DNA from: an uncultured Armatimonadetes bacterium | GTDB lineage: Bacteria > Armatimonadota > UBA5829 > DTJY01 | Direction of reading: 5' to 3' | Assembly (NCBI GenBank): GCA_963717145.1 | Contig: OY970325.1 | Coordinates: forward strand, 4,608,001 to 4,672,000 | DNA: 64,000 nucleotides | Shown here: in pieces, positions 39,301 through 50,856 of the stretch | Layout of the letters: each line of letters begins with the position of its first letter | Numbering within the stretch: the first letter of the stretch is position 1 | Translations under genes and position numbers: made by a program | Notes under the pieces: generated by a model | What the model was told of the DNA's origin: nothing | The model's database searches: none | The model's input: the letters and a program-made list of their open reading frames with translations, nothing else

Positions 39301-41298
39301 TTGGCTACTGAAACAGATGCCATGGAAAACGTCAGGGAACGCATAGAGGAGGGGACGGACACCGGCGAACCGACAAAGTTCGAAGACGGGTTCACTATCA
39401 AGACCGTCATCGGTGCGCTCTTCGTCGTCCTCTTCATGCTGCCCGGAGCGCTCTACCTGGGACTGGTCGCGGGTCAGGACCTTGGCCCGGCGGCGCAGTG
39501 GGTCACCATCGTGCTATTCGCCGAGGTCGCCCGGCGATCTTTCGTGCCTCTCAAGCGACAGGAGATCTACATCCTCTGGTACGTCGCAGGCGCGCTGGCG
39601 CACCTCACGTTGGCCGATAGGGGACTCTCCGGCGGAGCATTCAGCGGCCTGATATGGAACCAATACTTTGTCCAATCCCCTCAGGCCCAGTCGCTCGTGA
39701 ACGAGATTCCTCGATGGGTCGTCCCCGCTCCCGGCAGCCGCGCGCTCATCGAGCGGACGTTCTTGGACTCCGCGTGGGTGGTCCCCATCCTGCTCCTGGT
39801 GGTCTACGAGATTCTCGGGCGACTGAACTGGATCGGTCTGGGATACGTCCTATTCCGCATCACGTCGGACACGGAGCGACTGCCCTTCCCGATGGCGCCC
39901 GTCGCGGCGTCCGGGGCGACCGCCCTGGCGGAGGCGTCATCCAAGGAGGAGTCGTGGAGGTGGCAGGTCTTCTCCATCGGCACGATGGTCGGTCTGGTCT
40001 TCGGGTTCTTCTATCTCGCTGTGCCGATCTTCACGGGGGTGGTCCTCAGTAAACCGCTGATGATCATACCGATTCCGTTCATAGATTTCACGCGCAACAC
40101 CGAGACTATCCTGCCGGGCGCGCCAACGGGAATCAGCGGCGACCTCGGCAACATACTGATCGGCTTCGTGATTCCATTCGAGATCATGGCCGGGCAGGTG
40201 ATTACGTCGATAGCCTGTCAGGTCATCGGAAACCCGATACTCCAGAAACAGGGCTTGCTGCCCACGTGGCGGTACGGCATGGGCACGATCGAGACCAACC
40301 TCTCGACCAGCATCGACTTCTGGTTGAGTGTCGGCATCGGCGTTGGCGTTGCTGTCGGGATCATCGGCATCGTCAGCGTGGTAGTCGGCGCCAGAAAGGC
40401 TCAACGGGCGATGAGGGAGCGACGGACGGCGGCGTATACCATCCCCGCAGGGCGCGGTGATTTCCCAATCCAGCTCGCGATCGGCGCATGGCTCTTTGCG
40501 ACGGTTTCGTACATCGTGATCGCACATAGACTGGTGCCGGCATTCCCGCTGATATTCCTCATCGGCTTCGGCCTCTTCTACTCGCCGCTGATGTCCTACA
40601 TATCGGCGAGAATGATCGGTCTGACCGGCGGCGGTGTCGGCTTCCCGTTTGTGAAGGAGGCCGTTGTCATCAAGAGCGGCTACCAGAAGGCGGATATCTG
40701 GTTCGCCCCGATCCCGATGTACGATATGGGTGGGGCCGCCCAGAGGTTCCGCGAGATCGAGCTGACCGGCACCAAATTCACGAGCATTCTCAAGGCGGAA
40801 CTCTTCATGGTCCCGGTCATGCTGATATCGAGTTTCCTGTACTGGGCGTTCTTCTGGCACACAAGCCCGGTCCCGTCGCCGCAGTTCCCATTCGCGCAGA
40901 AGTTCTGGCCTCTGCACGCGACGATGCAGAGCATCTGGATGACGGCGAACAAGCCTGGAGGAAGTAACTTCTTTATGCAGGCGCTGAAGCCCAACATAGC
41001 CGTATATGGAGGCCTGGCGACTTTCGGACTGCTCGGAGCGACAGCGGCGCTCAAACTGCCGATTCTGTACTTCTATGGAATGGCGAGCGGTGTCGGAGCA
41101 ATCCCACACGGCGTCATCCCGAGGTTCGCCGGAGCGCTCCTCGGGCGTTACTACTTCGCGAGGCGGTTCGGCCTGGAGAACTGGCAGAAATACACCCCGG
41201 TGCTGCTCGCCGGGTTCTTCTGTGGGATGGGCCTGATGGGGATGAGTTCCATCGCACTCGCGCTCATATCGAAGTCGGTATCGTACCTGCCCTACTAG
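39301..41298 (+). CDS. OPT-like multi-pass membrane protein (putative peptide transporter)
   Basis: Many TM helices; FEDGFTIKT, ERLPFPMAPV. Confidence 0.7.
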   Translation: MATETDAMENVRERIEEGTDTGEPTKFEDGFTIKTVIGALFVVLFMLPGALYLGLVAGQDLGPAAQWVTIVLFAEVARRSFVPLKRQEIYILWYVAGALAHLTLADRGLSGGAFSGLIWNQYFVQSPQAQSLVNEIPRWVVPAPGSRALIERTFLDSAWVVPILLLVVYEILGRLNWIGLGYVLFRITSDTERLPFPMAPVAASGATALAEASSKEESWRWQVFSIGTMVGLVFGFFYLAVPIFTGVVLSKPLMIIPIPFIDFTRNTETILPGAPTGISGDLGNILIGFVIPFEIMAGQVITSIACQVIGNPILQKQGLLPTWRYGMGTIETNLSTSIDFWLSVGIGVGVAVGIIGIVSVVVGARKAQRAMRERRTAAYTIPAGRGDFPIQLAIGAWLFATVSYIVIAHRLVPAFPLIFLIGFGLFYSPLMSYISARMIGLTGGGVGFPFVKEAVVIKSGYQKADIWFAPIPMYDMGGAAQRFREIELTGTKFTSILKAELFMVPVMLISSFLYWAFFWHTSPVPSPQFPFAQKFWPLHATMQSIWMTANKPGGSNFFMQALKPNIAVYGGLATFGLLGATAALKLPILYFYGMASGVGAIPHGVIPRFAGALLGRYYFARRFGLENWQKYTPVLLAGFFCGMGLMGMSSIALALISKSVSYLPY

Positions 41299-41302
41299 CA
41301 CT

Positions 41303-41331
41303 TTGACATCGGGCCTTGAAGCCTATAAAAT
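41303..41331 (+). promoter_or_regulatory. Internal promoter, possibly producing a leaderless mRNA
   Basis: TTGACA-N17-TAAAAT ending 6 nt before ATG 41338; no SD sequence. Confidence 0.55.
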
Positions 41332-41337
41332 ACAAGT

Positions 41338-42240
41338 ATGAGCAAAAACAACCCGCACGCCCTGGTAGCATGGCAGGGGGTCACCATCGAGGCCCCGGCT
41401 GATTGGAGCCTCGCATCGATCAGTGGTGACGAGAAGTCCGGCTACTACCGGGTCTCCAGTCCCGGCACGGCGGCCGTCGAGGTTCGGTGGTCCGAGGCAT
41501 CAGAGAAGGTCGACCTCGCCTCCAAGCTGGACACCTACCTGAGAGACCTCGAGCGCAAGTCTCGCAAGCAGCGGCTCGACTTCCAGAGCAAGGTTCGAGA
41601 GAAGGACGGGGACCTGCTCTTCACCTGGCGCGCCGACCGCAAGGCCGAGGGACGCCTCTATCGGTGTTCCGAGTGCAAGCGCGCGGTGATTGTGCAGGTC
41701 AGCGGAGTGCCGGGCGATCCGGTCTCGGCAGTCGCATCATTCGTGCTGCCCTCCGTAAGGGACCATGCCGAGGGCGGGTGGCGCACCTGGGCGATGTACG
41801 ACCTGCAGGCGGATGTGCCTCAGGGGTACAGGCTCGAGAAGCACAAGTTGATGTCGGGGTACCTACAGCTTCAGTTTCGAAAGGGAAGCTGCCAGCTCAT
41901 CATCGAGCGCTGGGGTCTTGCCAATATCGCTCTGAAGAAGGCGACCTTGGCCGAGTGGTTCCGCCAGCGGATGCGCACCGACCTGACCGGTTTTGCGTAT
42001 AAAGTAGAGGACCTGACCGACGAGCCGGAGCCCGCGGTTCAGGCGATCGGGCGAAGGTCGGGAATCCTGGGGATCTACCGGACCATCGGGGATCTGACCA
42101 AGCTCCGCGTGCCGGCGATGAGGCTCGATACATACGCCTGGGTGTGCGAGGAATCGAACAAGATCTACGCCGCGCAGAGCATGCATACGGCGAAGGAACG
42201 CATCCTGGAAGACGTGATAGCAAGAGTAGAGTGCCACTGA
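41338..42240 (+). CDS. Hypothetical protein (internal two-fold repeat: P.DW.L / P.GY.L)
   Basis: 300-aa ORF with host-like codon usage within the operon. Confidence 0.8.
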   Translation: MSKNNPHALVAWQGVTIEAPADWSLASISGDEKSGYYRVSSPGTAAVEVRWSEASEKVDLASKLDTYLRDLERKSRKQRLDFQSKVREKDGDLLFTWRADRKAEGRLYRCSECKRAVIVQVSGVPGDPVSAVASFVLPSVRDHAEGGWRTWAMYDLQADVPQGYRLEKHKLMSGYLQLQFRKGSCQLIIERWGLANIALKKATLAEWFRQRMRTDLTGFAYKVEDLTDEPEPAVQAIGRRSGILGIYRTIGDLTKLRVPAMRLDTYAWVCEESNKIYAAQSMHTAKERILEDVIARVECH

Positions 42241-42241
42241 C

Positions 42242-42709
42242 ATGGGTGCGGTTTACAATATAGTCTCGCAGTACGTGCCGTTCATACGAAAGAAGCCGGT
42301 CGTCGACCGGGAGAAGGCGCTGAGGGCGATTCCTATTCGCCATCCGCAGGTGCGGTTCGAGCGCAACGAGGAGGGCGACATCTGCCTGTACCTCCCCCGG
42401 CGCAAGGATCGGTTCGCCCGGGCACTGATGTTCATATTTCGAGCCCCGCCCGAGAAGGAGATCGTGCTTGACGAGGTCGGCTCGGATGTCTGGGATCTGT
42501 GCGACGGTGAAAACACTGTCGAGGCGATCGTAAGTGCTGTCGCGAAGAAGTACAAGATCACACGGAGGGAATGCGAAACCTCCATCGGCGTATACCTGAA
42601 GACTCTCGGCGAGCGCCACCTCGTCGGATTGCGGATGGCCAGTCGTCCCGAGGCTCGGAAGCCCGAAGCGTCGCCGATTCGGCCGCGAAAGATACGAAGA
42701 AGACAATGA
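42242..42709 (+). CDS. PqqD family / RiPP recognition element-like protein
   Basis: IVLDEVGSDVWDLCDGENTVEAIV..YLKTLGERHLV. Confidence 0.82.
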   Translation: MGAVYNIVSQYVPFIRKKPVVDREKALRAIPIRHPQVRFERNEEGDICLYLPRRKDRFARALMFIFRAPPEKEIVLDEVGSDVWDLCDGENTVEAIVSAVAKKYKITRRECETSIGVYLKTLGERHLVGLRMASRPEARKPEASPIRPRKIRRRQ

Positions 42710-43338
42710 ACAATACCAATGGAAGTGAAGCTGTCGGCCGGCAGGTCCAACTGCCGCTGAAGAAGGCTTTCGAGATCAGCCTGAGGAGCATCAAGATCAG
42801 GTTCTGGCGGTCGATGATCACGGCCGGGGGGATCATGCTCGGGATCGCGTTCCTCACATCGGTGCTGACGACGACGCTGATCCAGTCGCATTTGCCGGAT
42901 GCCGCGATGGATGCGAAAGCGCTCCAGGCCGCACAGAACCGTCAGATTTGGCTTGTCATCATGTCGCTGCTCGTGTGTACCGTCGGCATCACCAATTCGA
43001 TGCTGATGTCGGTAACCGAGCGCTACAAGGAGATCGGGACGATGAAGTGCCTCGGAGCGCTCGACAGCTTTGTCGTGGAGCTGTTCATTCTGGAATCCGG
43101 CATGCTGGGAGTCATCTCATCGTTCATCGGGTGGTCCATCGGCGCCGGGGGCATCCTGCTGCTGGCGATCGGCGGCCATGGGGTGGCGATCGTTGGCAAG
43201 ATCGGGATCCTTCCGATCCTCGGCACGCTTGGAATTGCGATGCTCGTTGGGGTCAGTCTCACGATGATCGCGACGATTGCGCCCGCCGTCCGAGCGGCCA
43301 AGATGCCACCCGCCATGGCACTCAGGGCGGAGATCTAG
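42706..43338 (+). CDS. Small FtsX-like ABC permease
   Basis: GITNSMLMSVTERYKEIGTMKCLGA; PAVRAAKMPPAMALR. Confidence 0.88.
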   Translation: MNNTNGSEAVGRQVQLPLKKAFEISLRSIKIRFWRSMITAGGIMLGIAFLTSVLTTTLIQSHLPDAAMDAKALQAAQNRQIWLVIMSLLVCTVGITNSMLMSVTERYKEIGTMKCLGALDSFVVELFILESGMLGVISSFIGWSIGAGGILLLAIGGHGVAIVGKIGILPILGTLGIAMLVGVSLTMIATIAPAVRAAKMPPAMALRAEI

Positions 43339-43342
43339 AGAC

Positions 43343-43485
43343 AAATCAGAAATTCGAAGCTCGAAATTCGAAACAAACCGCAAATCAGGAGAACTGCGAA
43401 AGAAGCAAACGGTTGTTTTCCCGCATTTTCGGATTCCGGTGATTGCTTCTTTGTTTCGAGTTTCGATATTCGTGCTTCGAATTTC
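43343..43485. repeat. Inverted heptamer-repeat element, copy 2
   Basis: AAATCAG AAATTCG AAGCTCG AAATTCG...CGAGTTT CGATATT CGTGCTT CGAATTT. Confidence 0.85.
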
Positions 43486-43501
43486 CAGAGGGTGAAAAAC
43501 A

Positions 43502-44242
43502 ATGTCGGCAAACGAATATGTAGTCAGAACGAAGGACGTTGCCAAGGAATTCACCATGGGCGACCAAGTCCTGCGCGCGCTCGATGGAGTGCATCTGGAC
43601 ATCCGCCGAGGTGAATACATATCCATCATGGGCCCGTCCGGCTCCGGGAAGTCCACGCTCTTCAATATGATCGGTGGGCTGGACAAGCCGAGCGAGGGCT
43701 CGGTCTTCATCAACGATGTCGACATGGCACAGCTCGACGCGCAGGAACTTGCGTACCTGCGCTGCCGCACCATCGGCTACATATTCCAGTCGTTCAACCT
43801 GATCCCCGTCATGACCGCGCTGGAGAACGTCACCCTCCCGATGATCTTTGCCGGCACACCCACCGAGGAGGCCAGCGAGAAAGGCATGGGACTCCTGAAG
43901 TTGGTCGGTCTCGGCGATCGGTTGTTCCACAAGCCGACCGAGCTTTCCGGCGGGCAGCAGCAGCGTGTGGCCATCGCCCGGTCGTTCGCCAACGACCCCG
44001 CGATCATCCTTGCCGACGAGCCCACGGGTAACCTCGACCTCAAGACCGGCAAGGACATCATCCTGCTGCTGAAAGAACTCAACAAGATTCGCGGCGTCAC
44101 AATCATTTCCGCGACCCACGACCTGAAAATGGTTGATGTCTCTGACCGCGTCGTATGGATTCGCGATGGTAAGATCGAGCGAATCGAAGAGCGCTCTGAC
44201 CTCGACCTGAAGGTCGGCGAGATGGAAGGCGTCGACGAGTAG
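43502..44242 (+). CDS. ABC transporter ATPase (LolD/MacB-like)
   Basis: GPSGSGKST, LSGGQQQRVAIAR, LADEPTGNLD, THD. Confidence 0.95.
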   Translation: MSANEYVVRTKDVAKEFTMGDQVLRALDGVHLDIRRGEYISIMGPSGSGKSTLFNMIGGLDKPSEGSVFINDVDMAQLDAQELAYLRCRTIGYIFQSFNLIPVMTALENVTLPMIFAGTPTEEASEKGMGLLKLVGLGDRLFHKPTELSGGQQQRVAIARSFANDPAIILADEPTGNLDLKTGKDIILLLKELNKIRGVTIISATHDLKMVDVSDRVVWIRDGKIERIEERSDLDLKVGEMEGVDE

Positions 44243-44502
44243 CCGAGTAAAATCCTGCAGTGGCGGTGCCCGTGCCGGCCTGCATCCGCCGTTTACCGAC
44301 ACATCATGCAGAACGCAAGGGCGATGGAGACATTCTCCGTCGCCCTATTGTTATTCTGCCAACCTGGTATTTGTACCTGATTGTTGCCCAGAGTCTTGAC
44401 GGGAGGCGAAACTTAACGTAGAATCGAAGCAGGAGATCAGGCGATCAGCGATTCTACGGGATCGCCGTCTGACTCCGAATACTACGCGAAGGGCCGGAAG
44501 TA

Positions 44503-47500
44503 ATGACTAAGAACCAATCGCTGATGCGGCTTTCCATAGCTCTCATGATCGCGGTACTTGCCGTGTGTTGCATGGGTACTGCCAGGGCCGATGAATACCG
44601 AGCTTTGTGGGTTGACGCGTGGGGAAACGGTTTCCTCAGCCAGTCGCAGGTCGACGCTCTCCTCGGCGTCGTTGGTAGTGCGACGAACAGGGGGACCATT
44701 CGAGACGCGAACTGCAACATGGTGATCGTGCAGGTACGGCGGCGCGCCGATGTCTGCTACCCCTCCGGCATGGGCGAGCCATATTTCTCCGGCCTGAGTC
44801 CCTCCAACTTCAATGCACTGCAGGCGATGATCAACGCCGCGCACGACACCACCGGCGGCAAGCAGCGGATCGAGGTCCACTGCTGGATGATCCCCTTCCG
44901 GAACGGCGGGAATTCTGTATATCAGGCCCACAACGACACACCAACCGGGAGCCTTACCAATCTCGATAACTATTGGCCCACGCGCAACTCGTCCGGCGCA
45001 GAGGTTGATGGGGGCGCATTCGACCCGGGCCATCCCAAGTGCGAGGAGTACCTGACTGACGTTTTTCTGGACGTGGCCACCAACTTCGACGTTGACGGAA
45101 TACATTACGACTACATCCGCTTCACGGGGAGCACCGAGGGATATAACCCCACGAGCGTAGCCAGGTACAACGCGCGCTATGGCCTCACCGGGCAGCCGGC
45201 GTCGACAAACGAGCAGTGGAAGCAGTGGCGCCGCGATCAGGTGACTGCGTTCGTTCGCAGAGTCTACGCCAAAGTGCAGGCCGTCGCGCCGAACGTGAGG
45301 GTATCGGGCTCGTTCGTCACATGGAATCCCTCACCGGCAGCTTCGACCAGGGCTGCCTTCCAGGGCACTCGGCCTTACTATGACGTCTTCTCCGATTGGG
45401 ACGCCTGGATGGAAGAAGGCATCGTGGACATGGCCGTCCCGATGACGTACTACGACCTGGCGCTTCTGCCGAACGACTACGTAAGATGGATCAACTTCGA
45501 GAAGGACCGCAAGTTCAACCGGCACATGATCATAGGCCCGGGGATCTACCATAACGTCGCCATGCAGGATGCGCTGACGGAGCTTCTGATGACGCGCACG
45601 CCCTCACCCGCCGGCAACTACGCGCAGGGATGGGCCGGTTACTCGTACCGCGTTCCCTGGACCGGCGGTACGTGGCCGGAGTTTGCTCCGTATCTGGTAG
45701 CGCAAGTGACCCCGACGCCGGACAACATCCCGACTATGCCATGGAAGACAAGTCCCACCAAGGGACACATGAGCGGAACGGTGACGTACACGAACGGCGC
45801 ATGGGCGGACGGCGCGACGGCGAGCATCACGGGCACTGAGAGCCGGACGATGACCTGCGACGGCACAGGGTTCTTCGCATTCATCGATGTCACCCCGGGT
45901 CCGTACACCCTGACGATCAGCAAGGCAGGGTATCCGAATATTCAGGTACCGGTGACCGTAGCGATTGGCGCAGTGACGGGGAACATGTATGTTACCGACG
46001 TGGTGATGTCCGAGTCCGATCCCACTCCGGTCATATCGAACGTTGGGGCAACGGGTGTGACAAACGGCTCCGCAACGATCAACTGGACGACCGACTTGGC
46101 CTCATCGAGCCAAGTCGAGTATGGGACGACTACCGCCTACGGAATGCTGACTACGCTCGACAGCACACCGGTGACATCCCATTCGGTGGGGCTCTCCGGG
46201 CTGGCTCAGAATCAGACCCATCACTACCGGGTCCTCTCCGCCAACGCGAACGGCACATCGACGTCCAACGACTACACATTCACGACCCTCGGCCCTCCGA
46301 CCATTACCAGCGGGCCCCTGGTCATTCCTACTCAGACGACGGCGACGATCACGTGGACCACGAACTCCGCGGCGAGTGGGCTGGTCAACTACGGGGCGAC
46401 ATCGTCATACGGAAGCCAGGTTGTCGATCCCAACTCGAGCACGACATCACACTCCGTGACGATCACAGGACTGACGGCCTCGACGCCGTACCACTATCAG
46501 TGTGTTAGCGCGAACGCCTACGGAAGCGTCCAGACGACGGACAACACGTTCACGACCTCGTCCACAACGCCTGATGTCATCGTGGATAACACCGATCCGG
46601 GGTGGACCAATACATCTCCGGGCGGCAACACCTGGTCCGCCGGGTCGGCTGCCGGCGTGCCTAAGATCGGGAGCAACTACCTGTACCGCGCTGGAGATGC
46701 ATCGCTTACCGAGTCGAGCATTACCAGGAAGTGCCGTTGGACACCGAGCTTGCCCACAGCAGGCACCTATGATGTCTATGCGTATTACCAGAAGGGCACA
46801 AACCGGAATACCGCCGCGCCCTACAAGGTGTACTACAACGGCGGCAACGCCACCAGTGTTCAGAACCAGTACCAGACGGAACCGAACGGGGGCGCATGGT
46901 TCCTGATCGGGCAGGATCTTCCGTTCGCGGCGGGAAGCGCAGGGTACGTCGAACTGACGACTTGTTCGATGGACACCAGGTATGTCAGCGCCGATGCCGC
47001 CAAGTGGGTATACAAGGCCGCTGCCGATTCGACCGCTCCTGTCATGATCTCGGTCACCGACGACATGTACACTACGTCTGCGACGAGCCTGCAGGCATCG
47101 TGGAGTGCGTCCGATCCCGAGAGTGCTATCACCCGCTACGATTATGCGGTTGGATCATCGGCCGGGTTGATCGATGTCAAGGGCTGGACGAACGCCGGCA
47201 CTTCGACTTCCGCCACGATCACGGGCCCGAGTTTCGCGGTGGGGTCCACCTACTACATCTCGGTACGCGCCGTGAACACCTGGGGACTCGTCTCCCTGCC
47301 CATGGCCTCCACAGGAGTCACAGTGGCACGGACCGTGGCGAACATCGCAGATGCAAAGGGCTTCGCGAATACCACGCCGGTCTGCATTCCGCTTACCGTC
47401 GTGAGCGCCAAGTTCCCGACGGCGTTCTACATGCAGGACGCCGAGCCGCGCATCGGGCATCCGAGTGGAGTCGGCTTCCGGCCTCTCGCAGGACGATACC

Positions 47501-47926
47501 GTCCTGGTGTACGGACGACTCGGCCTCGTAAACGGATGCGAGAGAGCCCTGCTGAACTGCAAGATCATACCGGGCGCGCCTGGAGATCCCGTTGAGCCGT
47601 TCCTGATCAATGCGAGGGCGGCCGGCGGCGAGCCGTTTGGAGGCTACACACCCGGAATCACCGGCGGGAACGGCCTGAACAATGTCGGAATGCTGGTCGT
47701 GATGGCGGGTTCGGTGACCGCGCTGACCTCCGATGGGTTCTACCTGCAGGACGGATCCGGCTTGCAGGATGATTCCGCCAACGCCGGTATCAAGGTCTGG
47801 ACCGGCGCACCCGACTCCGCATCCCAGAACGACATTGTGATCGTCACGGGTATTGTCTCCTGCAGGGTCGGCACGGGTGGCGTGATCTACCCGATGATCC
47901 TTGCCAGGGACATCCTGCCCCGGTAG
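44503..47926 (+). CDS. Secreted GHL10/DUF187 glycoside hydrolase-like protein with FN3 and other accessory domains; frameshift near 47445
   Basis: EYRALWVDAW, IEVHCW, DGIHYDYIRF, WRRDQVT, PMTY; FN3-type ATI.WTT; the C-tail continues in the frame of 47465..47926. Confidence 0.8.
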
Positions 47927-47956
47927 CCCGTTCCTATCAGCCCTGAAACCAAGATG

Positions 47957-47994
47957 CCAGGCATCGCATTCGCGATGCCTGGCGTTTTGCTTTT
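47957..47994 (+). terminator. Rho-independent terminator
   Basis: GCCAGGCATCGC-ATTC-GCGATGCCTGGC followed by GTTTTGCTTTT. Confidence 0.8.
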
Positions 47995-48054
47995 GTACCC
48001 CAAACAGCTGCACAGGTCAAAGGAATTCCAACTCCAACGTCGAACAGGCTGACT

Positions 48055-48558
48055 ATGAACGCAACTGTGCAGCCGTTCACTCAGGGACAATACTGCGTCA
48101 TCGATCCCGGTGTCACCATCGGTGAGGGCACACGTCTGGGGAACTTCGTCCTCATCCGGGCCGACACGTCGATAGGGCAGGGATGCACGATCGGGTCCTA
48201 CGTGGACATCGAAGGCGAAGTCTCCATCGGCAGTCTCGTCTCCCTGCAGAGCGCCGGTTATATCACGCGTGGGGTGATCATCGAGGATGAGGTATTCTGC
48301 GGCCCGCGCGTCATTACCATGAACGACAAGCGCATGACGTACCGACGCGCGAACCTCACTTTCGAGCGCAACGCGCCCCGCATTCTGCGCGCGGCAAGAG
48401 TGGGCGGCGGCAGTGTGCTCCTGCCTGGAGTCACCATCGGCGAGAATGCACTGGTGGGCGCCGGCTCAGTCGTCACCAAAGACGTGCCGGACTATGCCAT
48501 TGTCTTCGGCAATCCGGCGCGGATAGTCGGAACCGTGCGGACGGAGGATCGGCTGTGA
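48055..48558 (+). CDS. Hexapeptide-repeat acyltransferase
   Basis: Hexapeptide repeats; [25 protein letters not shown]. Confidence 0.9.
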   Translation: MNATVQPFTQGQYCVIDPGVTIGEGTRLGNFVLIRADTSIGQGCTIGSYVDIEGEVSIGSLVSLQSAGYITRGVIIEDEVFCGPRVITMNDKRMTYRRANLTFERNAPRILRAARVGGGSVLLPGVTIGENALVGAGSVVTKDVPDYAIVFGNPARIVGTVRTEDRL

Positions 48559-49436
48559 TTGATACAGACAAGCTCATCATAAACGCGGCCATCACAGGTT
48601 GCGTACTCGGCAAACACCACACTCCCCATCTGCCGATCACTGTATCGGAGATCGTCGAATGCGCCCAGCGCGTACAGGATGCCGGAGCGTCCATCGTGCA
48701 CCTGCACGCGCGGACCGCGGATGGGTCGCCGTCTTATGACGAGGACGCATACTGCGAACTCGTGGACCGCGTGCGGCGGGCATGCGATGATATGATCGTC
48801 TGCGTTTCCCTGAGCGGACGGCACGTCGAGGACCTCGACAGGCGGGCGGCGGCGTTGGCGTCGCGGCCCGATATGGCGAGTCTCACGATTGGGTCACTGA
48901 ACTTTGCCACCCAGCCCAGTGTCAACTCACCCGACACGATCCGTGGGCTGGCCGAGCGCACTCTCGCAGCGGGAGCAGTACCGGAACTCGAGGTGTTCGA
49001 GGCCGGGTTTATCAACTACGCCTCTTTCCTGATCAAGAAATCGGTGCTGCGCCCTCCCTACTACTTCAACATCATCCTGGGCTCGCTGGGCGCGGCCCCG
49101 CTTGATCTGTTAGGTCTGGGGCACATGGTCAGTCTTCTGCCGACCGGCTCGACGTGGGCGGTCGGCGGCCTGGGCCAGTATCAGTTGGACGCTAACGTGA
49201 TGTCCATCTCGGCAGGAGGCCACGTTCGCGTCGGGCTCGAGGACTGCATACACTACGACAGGGAGCGCACTCAACTCGCCGATAATGTTCAGCTTATCAG
49301 TCGGATCGCGCGGATCGCCCGTGAAATGGGCAGAGAGCCGGCCACTCCCGCCGAGGCCAGGAGGATCATCGGGCTCGATACGTCAGTTCCGCCGGACGCC
49401 GAAAGAAGGTTGGAGTTTGCGCGTCCTGATCACTAA
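48555..49436 (+). CDS. 3-keto-5-aminohexanoate cleavage enzyme family (BKACE/DUF849)
   Basis: [48 protein letters not shown]. Confidence 0.92.
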   Translation: MIDTDKLIINAAITGCVLGKHHTPHLPITVSEIVECAQRVQDAGASIVHLHARTADGSPSYDEDAYCELVDRVRRACDDMIVCVSLSGRHVEDLDRRAAALASRPDMASLTIGSLNFATQPSVNSPDTIRGLAERTLAAGAVPELEVFEAGFINYASFLIKKSVLRPPYYFNIILGSLGAAPLDLLGLGHMVSLLPTGSTWAVGGLGQYQLDANVMSISAGGHVRVGLEDCIHYDRERTQLADNVQLISRIARIAREMGREPATPAEARRIIGLDTSVPPDAERRLEFARPDH

Positions 49437-50538
49437 CTACTGCCTGATTTCGCGCACCGGCACCGAACTGTACGTCCGCGACCTCGCGCTGGAACTTCGA
49501 CGCCAGGGACACACGCCGGCCGTGTATTCATCGTGGTTGGGGGAAACTGCTGAGGAATTGCTGGCGGCGGGCATTCCCGTGACGGATTCGCTCGATCGGC
49601 TCGATTTCGAGCCTGATGTCATCCACGGCCACCACCGGCATGAGACGCTGTCGGCCGTCCTCCGTTTTCCATCCGCTCCGGCGCTGTTCATCTGCCACTC
49701 TCATACGCGGTGGACCGACAAGCCGCCGTTTCACTCGCGCATTCTCCGATACTTCGGGGTCAGCGGGATGTACATCGAGCGACTCCGCGCTCTGGGGGTT
49801 CCGAGCGACAAGATCGGTCGGTTGTACAACTTCGTCGATCTGGAGCGATTCCGTCCTCGCCCGCCCCTGCCCGCAACTCCTCGCCGCGCGCTCATCTTCA
49901 GCAACTATGCCACCAATGAGACCTATGTGCCTGCCGTTGCCGAAGCATGCAGGCGAGCGGGGATCGAGCTATCGGTGGCCGGAAGTGGCGTAGGGAACCC
50001 GGTTGAGCGGCCTGAGGAGATCCTGGGGCAGTATGACATGGTTTTCGCCAAAGCCAAGGCGGCAATCGAAGCCATGGCCGTCGGAAACGCCGTGATACTC
50101 TGCGACCTTGGCGGTGTGGGGCCGATGGTTACATCGTCGAACTTCGAGCGCTTGCGGCCATTGAACTTCGGCTTCCAGGCGCTCACCGAGACGCACACGC
50201 CGGAAAACGTATTGCATCAGATCGAGCACTATGATGCAGAGGACGCGGCGAAGGTCAGCGAGCAACTCCGGTCATGCGCGGGGTTGAGCCATGCAGTCGC
50301 GGAACTCACCGGCATCTATCAGCAGATGATTGACGAATACCAGGCGCAAGGTCCTCTTCCCGGTCGCCTTCGAGACATCGGAGCGTCGGCTCTGGAAGCG
50401 CGATTCCGCCTCACCTACGGCGCGCTGCGATTGTGGCGATCCATCCCGCAGGAGAAGCGCCAGGCCATGCAGAATCACTGGGGGATTGGTGCGGTAAAGC
50501 GCGGAATCCAACTCATGCTTTGCGGCCGTGCAAGATAG
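49417..50538 (+). CDS. Glycosyltransferase (GT-B, family 4-like)
   Basis: MRVLITN..GTELYVRDLA, PDVIHGHH, NFVDLERF, AIEAMAVG. Confidence 0.85.
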   Translation: MRVLITNYCLISRTGTELYVRDLALELRRQGHTPAVYSSWLGETAEELLAAGIPVTDSLDRLDFEPDVIHGHHRHETLSAVLRFPSAPALFICHSHTRWTDKPPFHSRILRYFGVSGMYIERLRALGVPSDKIGRLYNFVDLERFRPRPPLPATPRRALIFSNYATNETYVPAVAEACRRAGIELSVAGSGVGNPVERPEEILGQYDMVFAKAKAAIEAMAVGNAVILCDLGGVGPMVTSSNFERLRPLNFGFQALTETHTPENVLHQIEHYDAEDAAKVSEQLRSCAGLSHAVAELTGIYQQMIDEYQAQGPLPGRLRDIGASALEARFRLTYGALRLWRSIPQEKRQAMQNHWGIGAVKRGIQLMLCGRAR

Positions 50539-50714
50539 CAGCGACACACTTTCTTGTGCAGTTGTTTCCGACAGTGGCCTCTTGGGGAGCGGAGCGCAGC
50601 ACGGCCAGATTCTTCGCGCCGCTCCTTCGAAAATAGCCGACCATCGGCTGTTTTCATCTATAGTGGTGTCCCGAGGGGACATGCCGGATTCCTAAGAAAA
50701 CACCGATCCCCTGG

Positions 50715-50778
50715 CCGATCTCCAGACGACTCCGTCGTCGACCGCCGCAGATCGACGACGGAGTCGTCTGGAGATCGG
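50715..50778. repeat. Intergenic palindrome
   Basis: CCGATCTCCAGACGACTCCGTCGTCGA...TCGACGACGGAGTCGTCTGGAGATCGG. Confidence 0.85.
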
Positions 50779-50856
50779 TATTCTCTTTCTGAAACAACCG
50801 CGTTCCGCGCGGTAACCTGCTCAGAAGGACATTCGCTGAGCTGTTCCGGCGCGGAT

